Shown here in pieces: positions 9,163 through 18,636 of a stretch of DNA of 64,000 bases (positions within the stretch are counted from its first letter, which is position 1; each line of letters opens with the position of its first letter). The notes under the pieces were generated by a model that saw only the letters and a program-made list of their open reading frames with translations, did no database searches and was not told the origin of the DNA. The stretch spans positions 88,744-152,743 of the forward strand of contig JAGNLY010000001.1 of NCBI GenBank assembly GCA_017999345.1. Direction: 5' to 3'. A program made the translations under genes and the position numbers. The stretch is from Candidatus Woesebacteria bacterium. Lineage in GTDB: Bacteria > Patescibacteriota > Microgenomatia > UBA1400 > PJMF01.

Positions 9163-9257
9163 AAACAAGTAATTTTCCACCCACTTCCTAGTTCGAGTAA
9201 CAACCTGTTGGGGGAGCTTTTAAATTATAGGCTTATTTACGCCTATATACCAATCCT
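9163..9257 (+). repeat. Intergenic repeat: module A3 followed by a full-length module B
   Basis: aagtaattttccacccacttcctagttcgagtaacaacctgttgggggagc then ttttaaattataggcttatttacgcctatataccaatcc. The B module is identical to the copy at 16132-16170. Confidence 0.85.
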
Positions 9258-9311
9258 TTTTAATTTATATATGATCATCAGTAATTTTTAGTTATTTGAT
9301 ATAATTACTGA

Positions 9312-10529
9312 GTGATAAGTAAAGAACTACAAGAAATTTTGGATACAAGGATAGAGTCAGAGGCAACTTTAAATACGCTTTTTGCCGTTATCAGAAGTGG
9401 TTTGTTGGGTGAGATTAATGCTACTCAAAAATTAAAATTATCTGCTAGATTTGAGGAAGCCTCAATTGTTTTAAGAGAGCTCAGCGAATCGCCTAAAGAA
9501 GAAATTGCACAAACACTTCAACATGAGCAAGATAATTTAAAAGAATTACCACCATTGAATATACAATTACCGCAAATTTCTTATGGAAAGAGAATGCCTT
9601 TGGGAAGAAAGGCATATGAATATACCTTTGGTAATAGTAAAAATGCATCATCATATAAATTTTCAGATAATCCAGCTTATTATTTTACAATGGGTCAGCA
9701 GAATGACGTCAATGCAAGAGAATCTGAATTTTATAGAAGAGAAGTATTAAGGTCAAACATACCTAGGGCTATTATTCTTGATACCAGTTATATAACCGAA
9801 AGAGGCGTAAGTTTAATTAGGTTGTATAGGATGCATGATGGTTTATTTGAAAATGTCCAAGAAGGAGTTTTTGATAATTCTCGTCCATTCAAACAGGCCG
9901 ATGTTACGGTTTTGAGTCCAAAAGGAAAATTTGAGGCTGAAAATAATGAAATAATTATTGCCTTATCAAAAGGATATTCAGTATTTCCAAAAATGGCTTT
10001 TGGAGAAAGATTCACGTTTGATAGAGGACAAGAAATTTATAATGATAATTTGCTATCAGCTGACAAAACTAATTTTGATAATCGAGAGGCATTACTATGG
10101 AAAAATAATAAATTAAATTCTGATAAAGTAGTTGAAATAATAGCAAAAAGCTTACTTTACTTAAAAAAAGGAATGTCAATAATAATTTTTTCAGACCTAT
10201 TGGAGATAAGTAATCTTGATGAAATTGATAAGACAATTATATTTGAAATGATATATTTTCTTGCATTAGGAATGGGAATTACAGAGTCTCTTGGCTTCCA
10301 ATCGGACCTTTCTGCGAGATCGCCTCAGAAAGTAAATTTTTATAATTCAAATGATCGACCTGAAGGAATTTTTCATAAGCCTAAAGAAGTTGTTTGGATA
10401 AATAAACAGCCAGAAGAAAAAACTCAAGAAGAGATTGCGCTCGTAGAAAAAATAAACGACACATTTAGGTCTGGAGGAAGTTGGATAGAGAACTATGAAA
10501 AGTGGAAAGAAGCATTTCTAAATAAGTAA
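9312..10529 (+). CDS. Hypothetical protein of 405 aa
   Basis: ORF with a GTG start 9 nt after TGATATAAT (an extended -10). Its TAA stop is the first triplet of the following A3 repeat. Confidence 0.6.
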   Translation: MISKELQEILDTRIESEATLNTLFAVIRSGLLGEINATQKLKLSARFEEASIVLRELSESPKEEIAQTLQHEQDNLKELPPLNIQLPQISYGKRMPLGRKAYEYTFGNSKNASSYKFSDNPAYYFTMGQQNDVNARESEFYRREVLRSNIPRAIILDTSYITERGVSLIRLYRMHDGLFENVQEGVFDNSRPFKQADVTVLSPKGKFEAENNEIIIALSKGYSVFPKMAFGERFTFDRGQEIYNDNLLSADKTNFDNREALLWKNNKLNSDKVVEIIAKSLLYLKKGMSIIIFSDLLEISNLDEIDKTIIFEMIYFLALGMGITESLGFQSDLSARSPQKVNFYNSNDRPEGIFHKPKEVVWINKQPEEKTQEEIALVEKINDTFRSGGSWIENYEKWKEAFLNK

Positions 10530-10604
10530 TTTTCCACCCACTTCCTAGTTCGAGTAACAACCTGTTGGGGGAGCAAATACTAAATTATAGCCATAAACCA
10601 ATCT
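10521..10604 (+). repeat. Intergenic repeat: module A3 followed by a degenerate module B
   Basis: aagtaattttccacccacttcctagttcgagtaacaacctgttgggggagc then aaatactaaattatagccataaaccaatct. Confidence 0.8.
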
Positions 10605-10971
10605 TTTTTAATATCAATTTTTTTTAAACAGTTGTAATTATTTATTATAATTTTATACTGATGTTAGCGTTAATTAATTCTATATATGAATCTAATTGCA
10701 TTTTTTTACTTATATTGGAAACAGATAATTGCTGTAATTTTGTTTGTTTTACTACCATTTATTTGGCTGTCATTTCAATGGGGACTTATTATTTATTTAA
10801 TTGAAACTAAACTTAGACCTAAGTTAAAGAAAAAGAATTAGAGGTTATTAAAAATGTTGTCAACTCTCTTTTTAAGAAAATTATAAGTACAGTTGAAGTT
10901 GAATAATTGTTTTCTAGATATTCTCAGTCTGTTTCAAAGAAAATTTGTTAACATGTTATAATCTGTTTCAT

Positions 10972-11598
10972 ATGAAAAAAAATAAGATTATAATAATTTT
11001 ATTAGCTTTTTTAATCACTTTCTTTGGAATTTATTTACTCTCAAAAAACGTTAGATTTAATGATAATAAGAAAGTTGTTGCTGAAACAGAAAATGATAAT
11101 TTGGAGCTTGAAGAAATTTCCCACTTTGATGATGACGCACTAGGGTTATCACTTAATTTTCCTGAGGGATGGTTTATCCACAAAGTAACTTCAAATGGCA
11201 ATGGAGCAAGACAAGTTACATTTACAAATCATTATTCTATAAATCCACCATGGGATTTAGATGAAAATAGCGGAATTGCTATTTTTGTTTCAAACAGTGT
11301 TTTAGACACCTGTTACTCTGAAGATGATTATCAACCAATGATTGATTTACCAATGAATGACAAATATAAAAATGAATGCAGAATCTTTACTAAGATAAAT
11401 GAATTTATGATCGATGGAAGCACTGCATATGTATTTGAACAACAAAATGTTGGTTCATCTATTGAAGGTGAAGCTAAGATTAATCTTTATTTAATTAATA
11501 CTCCTTCAGGTACAATTAATTTGGAGATCTTTAGCAAGAATTTAGATTTATCATTCGAAAAACCTGAACACATAATTTCTTCTGCAAGTTTATTGTAG
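10972..11598 (+). CDS. Secreted or membrane-anchored hypothetical protein
   Basis: N-terminal signal or anchor (MKKNKIIIILLAFLITFFGIYLLS). ATG 10972 follows TGTTATAAT (an extended -10) by 9 nt. Confidence 0.65.
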   Translation: MKKNKIIIILLAFLITFFGIYLLSKNVRFNDNKKVVAETENDNLELEEISHFDDDALGLSLNFPEGWFIHKVTSNGNGARQVTFTNHYSINPPWDLDENSGIAIFVSNSVLDTCYSEDDYQPMIDLPMNDKYKNECRIFTKINEFMIDGSTAYVFEQQNVGSSIEGEAKINLYLINTPSGTINLEIFSKNLDLSFEKPEHIISSASLL

Positions 11599-11880
11599 TT
11601 CCATTATTTTTCATATAACTCAACCATAATCATATTTCTTTGTATAAGCCTTATACATTGACCATATAATCTTACCCTATATAATCAGTTTTTGTGCACT
11701 ATAAATAGTACACAACATAGTCATAGAAGGTTAGCAATAGTACAAAAACGTATTTGAGCTGGCCCGATGGATTGTTCTTTAACAGTTGAATATAAAAAAG
11801 GAGGTAGTCTTCTCAAAAATGTTCGTTGTTGTTTAATCAGATTTTCAAAACGATTTCTATAGAAAAAGGAGTTAGGTACT

Positions 11881-14800
11881 ATGTTAGCAAAACATAAGTT
11901 TTTCAGATTTTTGTTAGCTTTTTGGTTAATTATGTCGCAAGGCATAACAGCTTTGGCATCTGGTGAGCTTTCAAGCTACAGGTTGCCTTACTATGGACCA
12001 GCAGAGATGGTCTATGGAAGTTCATATCATTCAGGCCTTTCATTCCAAGCAAGAGATTTTGATATTGGAGTGGATACAGGTGTATATGCTGACGAGGAAG
12101 GATATGTACTATTTGCTGGCTGGCGAAATGATGGCTTTGGATATACTCTTGTGTTGATGCACGATGATGGTTACATGAGTCTGTTTGGACACTTATCTAG
12201 AGCCACATACGACCAAGGTGATACTGTCAATGATGAGGTCTTTTTTGCAGTAAGTGAAGGAGAAAATGTTGCTAAAGGACAATTGATTGCTTTTACTGGC
12301 AATTCTGGATCGAATGGCAGCCCAGCTCATCTGCATTATGAGGTTAGATACAATAATGATTTCAATGGACAGACACATCAACAAATTCAAGGAACTGCAT
12401 CGCTAAATAACTTTTGGTTGGCAGATCAGGCAGTGAGTCTTGACTCTATACCTGATTTAGATGCAAACAACTACTCAAATGATATGGTTGGTCCGCCTGT
12501 TTCAGATCCTGCATGCGGAGATAGGTCATATTCTGGCATAGATTTTTTTGATGATGAATATTGCCAGAATCAAAGCCTGTGGTATTCAAATTCCACGGGT
12601 TCACAAAGTGTTTCTGCACAAAATGTTGAATCAATTTTTGTTGGCTCAGGATGGTCCGCATACATTACTGATGGAGTCAATGTAGGCATTTGTGCAAACA
12701 GAAATCTATGGGATTTGGGAAAAGATTTTTACCCAAATGGCAGTAATATAAAACACAACATTGCATTTGTTCAGGTTTACAATGATTCTACTTGCAATGG
12801 TATGGTTGAGCCTTATAACCCAGATATATCTGCCAGTGGAGGTACTGGAGGCGGTGGAACTGCGAGTGGTTATGTAGAGATCTTCCAATCCACTAACTTT
12901 GGTGGAACAAAATTGGGAGACTACTCAATTGGTACTCACAGCTTTTCTGTAAATACCCTAATGTATTCTTTCAGAATGAAAGATGGGGCTAACAGTTTTG
13001 TTGTGAAGGACGACACTGGCAACAACCAATGCTTTGACTCAGATGTTTCGAATATGCAAGATAATTCAGATTTTTGGAACAAAACGGTTGAAGTTGAGGT
13101 TTTCACAAGCAATGTTTGTGGAAGCGTTAACGGTGAAGTTATAGTTTACAGCGCTACAAACTATACTGGAAATGTGGTAGGAACTTACACGGCAGGCAAT
13201 ACATACACCTTCCCTGTAAATACTCTCATGTTTTCTTTTGATACAAATGGCGCTGGTAGTTTTGTCGTAACTGCTCCTGATGGACGTCGTCAATGTTTTA
13301 ACTCTGACGTCCCAAACATGCAAGATTATTCTGAATACTGGAGAGAAACGATAAAACTTGAAGTAAATACGAACGACTACTGTCCTCCTGTTGGCAGTCC
13401 TGCTCCTGTAGTAGGGAGTGGGAATGGTCTTTGGAGAAATGAATTTAGAATCCTTTGGGAGGAAGTAGATATTCCAGATTTCACTTACATTGCCCCATTA
13501 TCTTGGGGTCCTGTAAACACAGTAACAAGAGAAGGTCACTCTAGAAGTGATCAATTTGGTATGCAGTTTGAAGGTTGTATAGAGCTTCCAGCTACTGATA
13601 CATATACTTTCTATCTTCTGTCTGACGATGGGAGTAGGCTGTACATTGATAATCAGCTGGTAGTTAATAATGATGGTCGACACTCTGCAACTGAAGTAAG
13701 TAGTTCTGTTGTCAAACAATCAGGACAATATGATTTCAAGGTTGATTACTATGAAGATGATGGTGGTGAAGAGCTGTTCTTACAAGTCTCGACACCAACA
13801 ATGACAAAACAACCTGTTCCTGATAGTTGGTATAGCTATGGCTTGGCCTGTACTGGTGTTCAAGTGGGAACCCCACTAAATACTTCCAGTTGGGCATATA
13901 GCCAAACCCTCACAATCGATTCAGATTTTGTGGGTGAAGATTTAATAAACTTTCCTGCGCTTCTGTCTGATGGAGTTTTCGTAGATGATGTTTACGTAAA
14001 CGCCTTGGATAATGGTGCAGATCTTAGATTTACTTCAGATGCTCTTGGAACTAATGAACTAGCTTTCGAAGTAGTGAGTTGGAACCAATCTGCCAAAACC
14101 AGTGAAGTTTGGGTCAATATACCCAGTGTGTCGGCTTCAGTCGATACATCAATATACGTTTGGTATGGCAATACATCTGCTGTGGCATATGCCAGTGGCG
14201 AAACGTATGGTAGCCAAAATGTGTGGGGTGACTACGCGTTGGTTATGCATATGAGCCAATATGGTAAAGCAAGTTTTGATTCAACCAGCAACTACAACAA
14301 TGCTCGGTCTACTATGAGCATTGCAAGTAATGTTGGAAAGGTGGGTTCGGCGTCTGATTTTGAGGCTGATGGTAGTCAATTTATGACCATTATGCCTAAT
14401 AACAATACGCTGGATTTACCGACTTACACTATTCAAGCATGGGCTTTCAACGAGTCCTTTGCTTATACATATCCATCGATTGTTAATAACAGAAGTGCAT
14501 CAAGTTCGAATGGTAACTATGTTGTTATGTTCCATGGTGATATCGGATACAAACCGCATTCACAACATTGGACGGGATCAGCATGGTCATCTGTTCCATG
14601 GGGAACTAGTGCTTCGCCACAAACTTGGTACATGGTTAACGCAGTATACGATGGTTCATTGCACAAAATGTCTGTTGATGGCGATTCTTTTGTCATTGGC
14701 AGCAGTCAAGTCGCACCACAGCTTAACGATAATCCAATCTTGATTGGCAACTATACGTCCAACTACTTTGATGGACTTATTGATGAGTTGCGCATGAGTG

Positions 14801-15882
14801 ATGTTGTGAGATCTCAAACATGGATCGAAACTGAGTATAATAATCAGTCAGATCCAGAAGTATTTTTTTCAGGAAGTGGTGTCTCAGGTGGTTCATCTAC
14901 TTGGGATTACAGTCAGACCTTGACGATTGATGCCAGTAAAGTTGTTGCTGATGCAATTAATTTTCCTGTGTTGATATCTGATGGAGTTTTAGCTGATCAC
15001 TTCTATAACAATTCCAATACCGACTGCACAGATCTTCGTTTCAGTAGCGATGCAGCAATGACCAACGAACTTCCTTTTGAGGTAGTGAGTTGTGATACTG
15101 TTGCAAAGACCGCTGAGATTTGGGTTAAAGTGCCGACTATATCAAGTAGCGTTAACACTGTGTTTTATGCTTGGTATGGAAATAGTTCGGCCACTGCATA
15201 TGTAGACACTGATATATATGGTGCTCAAAACGTGTGGAACGATTACGCGTTGGTTATGCATATGAATGAGGCAAGTGGGTCAAGATATGACTCAACTGCA
15301 AACAACAGTGTAGCTACGCCGACTGGTTCTATTATCAGTGGTGTTGGAAAAATTGGTTCTGGGGTAGATTTGGAATATAGTAGTTCTCAGTACCTAACAG
15401 TAACTCAGAACGCTGTCCTAGATCTGCCAACCTATACCATTCAGGCTTGGGCATTTAATGAGTCGTTTGCTTCTACGTATCCTACGATTATTAGTAATAG
15501 AAGTAACAGCGATTCAAATGGTAACTATTTTGTACTGTTCCATGGTGATATCGGATACAAACCGCATTCACAATACTGGACAGGATGGACTTGGTCATCC
15601 GTATACACGAATACTAGCTCATCAGCACAAACTTGGTATATGGTAAATGTCGTTTATGACGGAGCTAATCACAAAATCTCTGCAAATGCTGAGACATTCG
15701 TTTCAAGTGTAAAACCCGCTCCGCAACTAAATAACAATCCTATCCTAATTGGCAAGTACACCAATCACTATTTTGATGGGATTATTGATGAACTAAGAAT
15801 GTCGAGTGTAGTTCGCTCACAAGCTTGGATTGATACTGAGTATAACAACCAGTCCGATCCATCGTCATTCTTTGTTCCTTAG
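11881..15882 (+). CDS. Giant secreted multidomain protein. From the N-terminus: a signal peptide, an M23 (LytM-type) metallopeptidase domain, a PA14 domain, and two copies of a DUF2341 plus LamG-like jelly-roll module.
   Basis: AAGGAG ribosome-binding site upstream. M23 motifs are present (HDDGYMSLFGHL, GNSGSNGSPAHLHYEV). PA14 region: FGMQFEGCIELPATDTYTFYLLSDDGSRLYIDNQLVV...YYEDDGG. DUF2341-like regions: SQTLTID...NFPALLSDG...DLRF...WV..P..S......YYGN. LamG-type module endings: DELRMSDVVRSQTWIETEYNNQSDP. A terminator follows the gene. Confidence 0.85.
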   Translation: MLAKHKFFRFLLAFWLIMSQGITALASGELSSYRLPYYGPAEMVYGSSYHSGLSFQARDFDIGVDTGVYADEEGYVLFAGWRNDGFGYTLVLMHDDGYMSLFGHLSRATYDQGDTVNDEVFFAVSEGENVAKGQLIAFTGNSGSNGSPAHLHYEVRYNNDFNGQTHQQIQGTASLNNFWLADQAVSLDSIPDLDANNYSNDMVGPPVSDPACGDRSYSGIDFFDDEYCQNQSLWYSNSTGSQSVSAQNVESIFVGSGWSAYITDGVNVGICANRNLWDLGKDFYPNGSNIKHNIAFVQVYNDSTCNGMVEPYNPDISASGGTGGGGTASGYVEIFQSTNFGGTKLGDYSIGTHSFSVNTLMYSFRMKDGANSFVVKDDTGNNQCFDSDVSNMQDNSDFWNKTVEVEVFTSNVCGSVNGEVIVYSATNYTGNVVGTYTAGNTYTFPVNTLMFSFDTNGAGSFVVTAPDGRRQCFNSDVPNMQDYSEYWRETIKLEVNTNDYCPPVGSPAPVVGSGNGLWRNEFRILWEEVDIPDFTYIAPLSWGPVNTVTREGHSRSDQFGMQFEGCIELPATDTYTFYLLSDDGSRLYIDNQLVVNNDGRHSATEVSSSVVKQSGQYDFKVDYYEDDGGEELFLQVSTPTMTKQPVPDSWYSYGLACTGVQVGTPLNTSSWAYSQTLTIDSDFVGEDLINFPALLSDGVFVDDVYVNALDNGADLRFTSDALGTNELAFEVVSWNQSAKTSEVWVNIPSVSASVDTSIYVWYGNTSAVAYASGETYGSQNVWGDYALVMHMSQYGKASFDSTSNYNNARSTMSIASNVGKVGSASDFEADGSQFMTIMPNNNTLDLPTYTIQAWAFNESFAYTYPSIVNNRSASSSNGNYVVMFHGDIGYKPHSQHWTGSAWSSVPWGTSASPQTWYMVNAVYDGSLHKMSVDGDSFVIGSSQVAPQLNDNPILIGNYTSNYFDGLIDELRMSDVVRSQTWIETEYNNQSDPEVFFSGSGVSGGSSTWDYSQTLTIDASKVVADAINFPVLISDGVLADHFYNNSNTDCTDLRFSSDAAMTNELPFEVVSCDTVAKTAEIWVKVPTISSSVNTVFYAWYGNSSATAYVDTDIYGAQNVWNDYALVMHMNEASGSRYDSTANNSVATPTGSIISGVGKIGSGVDLEYSSSQYLTVTQNAVLDLPTYTIQAWAFNESFASTYPTIISNRSNSDSNGNYFVLFHGDIGYKPHSQYWTGWTWSSVYTNTSSSAQTWYMVNVVYDGANHKISANAETFVSSVKPAPQLNNNPILIGKYTNHYFDGIIDELRMSSVVRSQAWIDTEYNNQSDPSSFFVP

Positions 15883-15984
15883 AAAGAGGCTTAAATATAA
15901 AATATTCAACAATTAAAGATTTAAAAAATGTTTTTTGCTAACACTGGCTCAAATTTGCGAGTCAATTGTTAACAGAAGATAAGT

Positions 15985-16026
15985 AACTAAGACCCTCAGG
16001 TTTGATAACTGAGGGTCTTTTTTTTA
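15985..16026 (+). terminator. Rho-independent terminator
   Basis: gaccctcag - gtttgataa - ctgagggtc followed by a T-run. Confidence 0.75.
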
Positions 16027-16044
16027 TTGAAACTGTTACAAAAT

Positions 16045-16170
16045 TGTATGTTAAATTCTTTAACCTCTGACATAGTGATCTCTAACAAATGCTCTTTATA
16101 TCCGTTCCGTAATGAGTCCAATAGGGGGAGCTTTTAAATTATAGGCTTATTTACGCCTATATACCAATCC
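16045..16170 (+). repeat. Intergenic repeat: module A1 (long form) followed by a full-length module B
   Basis: ctctaacaaatgctctttatatccgttccgtaatgagtccaatagggggagc then ttttaaattataggcttatttacgcctatataccaatcc. Confidence 0.85.
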
Positions 16171-16276
16171 TCTTTTAATATAATGAAAAACTACTTAACT
16201 TTAAAAATTAAGTATCTTTATTTGTCAGTAAATTTTTATGTTACATAAAAAATAAAAGTAATGGTATTCTTTATTT

Positions 16277-18409
16277 ATGCACGAGCGAAGTGGTAATAAA
16301 TTTTTAGTCAAACAATTTCCCGATCTGCACAAATCAGAAGATGTTTTGGCTGCAACAATAAAAGTTTCTAGAAAAAACCTAGGCCATCAAAATCCAAATT
16401 CTTTTAATAAAGAGGAGCGGGTTAATATTTACCTAGATCGTATAAAAAAACTTTTTATTGATCCTGACGAAAGAGCTAGAAAACGTAACATAAAGTTAGT
16501 GGCTAGTAAGTTATTTGAAGATATAGTTATTTCTGAAGACAATTTTCCTGATGCCTATTTAGAAAATGAACAAAAATTGGCAAAAGAGCGTGGACATGGT
16601 CATATTGAGATTACCCAAGAACTGAAAAGAAAAGCTATTGGATTTGTTCAGAATGATCAAAAAGCTAGTTATAGTAGATGGTTAGATTATTTTTCAAGTG
16701 ATGATGCACCTTATCCTACATGGTTTAAATATTATGTATTGAGAGGCGTGTCAAAACTTCTGCCATATGATAAAGTTAGTGGTAAATTCCACAAACGCTC
16801 AAAGAGCTCTACGAAAATTTTTCCTGAAATTAATAGAGAAGCACTAGCATTTGTTTATGAGGCTATGGATACTGACGAGACTTCAGATATTGATCAACAG
16901 CTTAAAAGCTTACTTGTTGGTGGTAATTTTGCAAAGTTATATGGTTATGCTGTGGAAACGCAATTATCGCAATCAATTGAAGCTAAAGAAAAACGTAAAA
17001 GTATTAAAGGGAGCTGGAAGTTATTCGAGCAGTATGATGAAACTAAACTTGATGAATCCGAAGCTAACTTGAGAACACTTGTTGATTCAATACAGGGAAT
17101 GGGGACTGGTTGGTGTACAGTGGGCGAAGAAATGGCGAGGAGTCAATTAGAGGGCGGTGACTTTTATGTTTTTTATTCTCGTGATGATAATGAGCAAGAC
17201 ACAGTTCCTAGAGTTGCAATCAGAATGGAGCATGGTGAGGTTGCTGAGGTTAGGGGTGTAAACCCCGATCAAGAGCTAGAGCCAGAACTAATTGATACTG
17301 CTAGAGAAAAATTTGTAGAATTGCCAGGTGGTGATAGGTATGAGAAGAAGGTCTTAGATATGAAAAGACTAACTAAGCTGGAAGAAATGATTTCCAAAAA
17401 TGAAGAGCTTACAGTTGATGATTTGCGTTTTTTATATGAATTAGATAGTTTAATAGAAGGATTTGGTTACACAAACGATCCAAGAATTAAAAAACTTCAA
17501 TCACAGAGAGACATCGATATAGACTACAACCGTTTGTTCATAAAAACAACAGATATAGAACTCAAAATAAGAGAAGGTAAAGAACTTACCAGAGAAGAAC
17601 TTATTTACTTATATGGAGTTGAGCGCCTTTTTAATCCTTCAAAAGACGTTGAAGACAAGAGGCTTAAAAATAATAAGATGTTTGTCAAAAATAAGAAAAA
17701 GCTACTTGAACTTTCTCAAGAAAGAGAAATTCGTGCAGAGGAAATCGCTTCCATATTTGGAATTAGTACTGAAGAAGTTGCTACTAAAAAAGAAGGTGCG
17801 GGAGAGAAGACAAAAATATATGTAGGCAAAATATTTCCAGGAATAAAGAATTTGCAAAACCTTGAACATATTTACATATCTTTTCCTGACTCAGAGTTGA
17901 TTACTACCGAAGTAAGAACGAAAGCAAATTCCTCTCAAGAACTTCTAGATATTGTTAATAATAGCTCAAATGTTGGTATAACTAAGGCATATGGTGAAAG
18001 TACTCAAAGAGACATTGAGGGAACGATATTAAATTTAAAGGTATTTAAATCTGAAAAAAGTATTATAAATGAAGTTTGTATTATGACATCTGAACAACTT
18101 GGTTTAACGCCTTTTTTTGGAGAAAGATTTGAGCAAGGAGGTTTGGAAGCAGTATTTGATAGAATAGAAAGTTTAGGTTTAGAAGTCTGTCCACCAGAAA
18201 TAGCGTTGGAATATGCTATTCAAAATATTGGCAAGATACCTAGTGGAACTAAATTTTATTTAGGAAAAGATCCTGTAGAAAGACCAAATAAAACACCTGG
18301 TTATCTTAAACTAGAATTTTTCAATACGAATATTATTGTAGATTTTTACGGTGTTCCAAGAGGTAGTAACTTTTGTAATAATTATGTAGTAAGAATTCCT
18401 GTTATCTAA
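16277..18409 (+). CDS. Hypothetical protein of 710 aa, large and hydrophilic, with no recognised domain
   Basis: Long ORF with an ATG start. It is flanked by A/B repeats on both sides. Confidence 0.7.
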   Translation: MHERSGNKFLVKQFPDLHKSEDVLAATIKVSRKNLGHQNPNSFNKEERVNIYLDRIKKLFIDPDERARKRNIKLVASKLFEDIVISEDNFPDAYLENEQKLAKERGHGHIEITQELKRKAIGFVQNDQKASYSRWLDYFSSDDAPYPTWFKYYVLRGVSKLLPYDKVSGKFHKRSKSSTKIFPEINREALAFVYEAMDTDETSDIDQQLKSLLVGGNFAKLYGYAVETQLSQSIEAKEKRKSIKGSWKLFEQYDETKLDESEANLRTLVDSIQGMGTGWCTVGEEMARSQLEGGDFYVFYSRDDNEQDTVPRVAIRMEHGEVAEVRGVNPDQELEPELIDTAREKFVELPGGDRYEKKVLDMKRLTKLEEMISKNEELTVDDLRFLYELDSLIEGFGYTNDPRIKKLQSQRDIDIDYNRLFIKTTDIELKIREGKELTREELIYLYGVERLFNPSKDVEDKRLKNNKMFVKNKKKLLELSQEREIRAEEIASIFGISTEEVATKKEGAGEKTKIYVGKIFPGIKNLQNLEHIYISFPDSELITTEVRTKANSSQELLDIVNNSSNVGITKAYGESTQRDIEGTILNLKVFKSEKSIINEVCIMTSEQLGLTPFFGERFEQGGLEAVFDRIESLGLEVCPPEIALEYAIQNIGKIPSGTKFYLGKDPVERPNKTPGYLKLEFFNTNIIVDFYGVPRGSNFCNNYVVRIPVI

Positions 18410-18481
18410 TTAGTTTTTTAACAATATTAAAATTTTTCTGAAAACAAAAATCCCATAACAAATTTCTCAACATTTTTCTTC

Positions 18482-18559
18482 CAGATCTGATGAGTTCGAG
18501 TAACAACCTGTTGGGGGAGCTTTAAAATTATAGGCTTATTTATGCCTATATACCAATCT
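18482..18559 (+). repeat. Intergenic repeat: module A4 (a 5'-truncated relative of A3) followed by a full-length module B
   Basis: ctgatgagttcgagtaacaacctgttgggggagc then tttaaaattataggcttatttatgcctatataccaatct. Confidence 0.85.
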
Positions 18560-18568
18560 TTTTTTACA

Positions 18569-18634
18569 TATACACCCCCGACAGGACACTTTAGCCTTGG
18601 ACCCGAACAGAGTAAACTATTTGATATAATATTT
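18569..18634 (+). promoter_or_regulatory. Module C upstream element ending in the extended -10 TGATATAAT. It probably produces a leaderless transcript for gene 18637.
   Basis: cccccgacaggacactttagccttggacccgaacagagtaaactatttgatataat, with the ATG 8 nt downstream. Confidence 0.55.
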
Positions 18635-18636
18635 AG

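Noticed and set aside
9219-9257. Module B as a plus-strand promoter, or as a classic rho-independent terminator
   Set aside because: On the plus strand there is no hexamer with the invariant -7 T at a proper spacing. The hairpin is not directly followed by a U-tract, which starts only 13 nt later. The opposite-strand promoter reading fits much better.
10661-10804. A 47-aa hydrophobic ORF in the 340-nt gap upstream of gene 10972
   Set aside because: It has no RBS and low-complexity composition. It is probably a chance ORF in AT-rich spacer.
18487-18520. CUGAUGAG in module A4 looked like a hammerhead ribozyme core
   Set aside because: The sequence has no GAAA or CGAAAC element and no stem I, II or III arrangement. 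Only this one copy of module A carries CUGAUGA.
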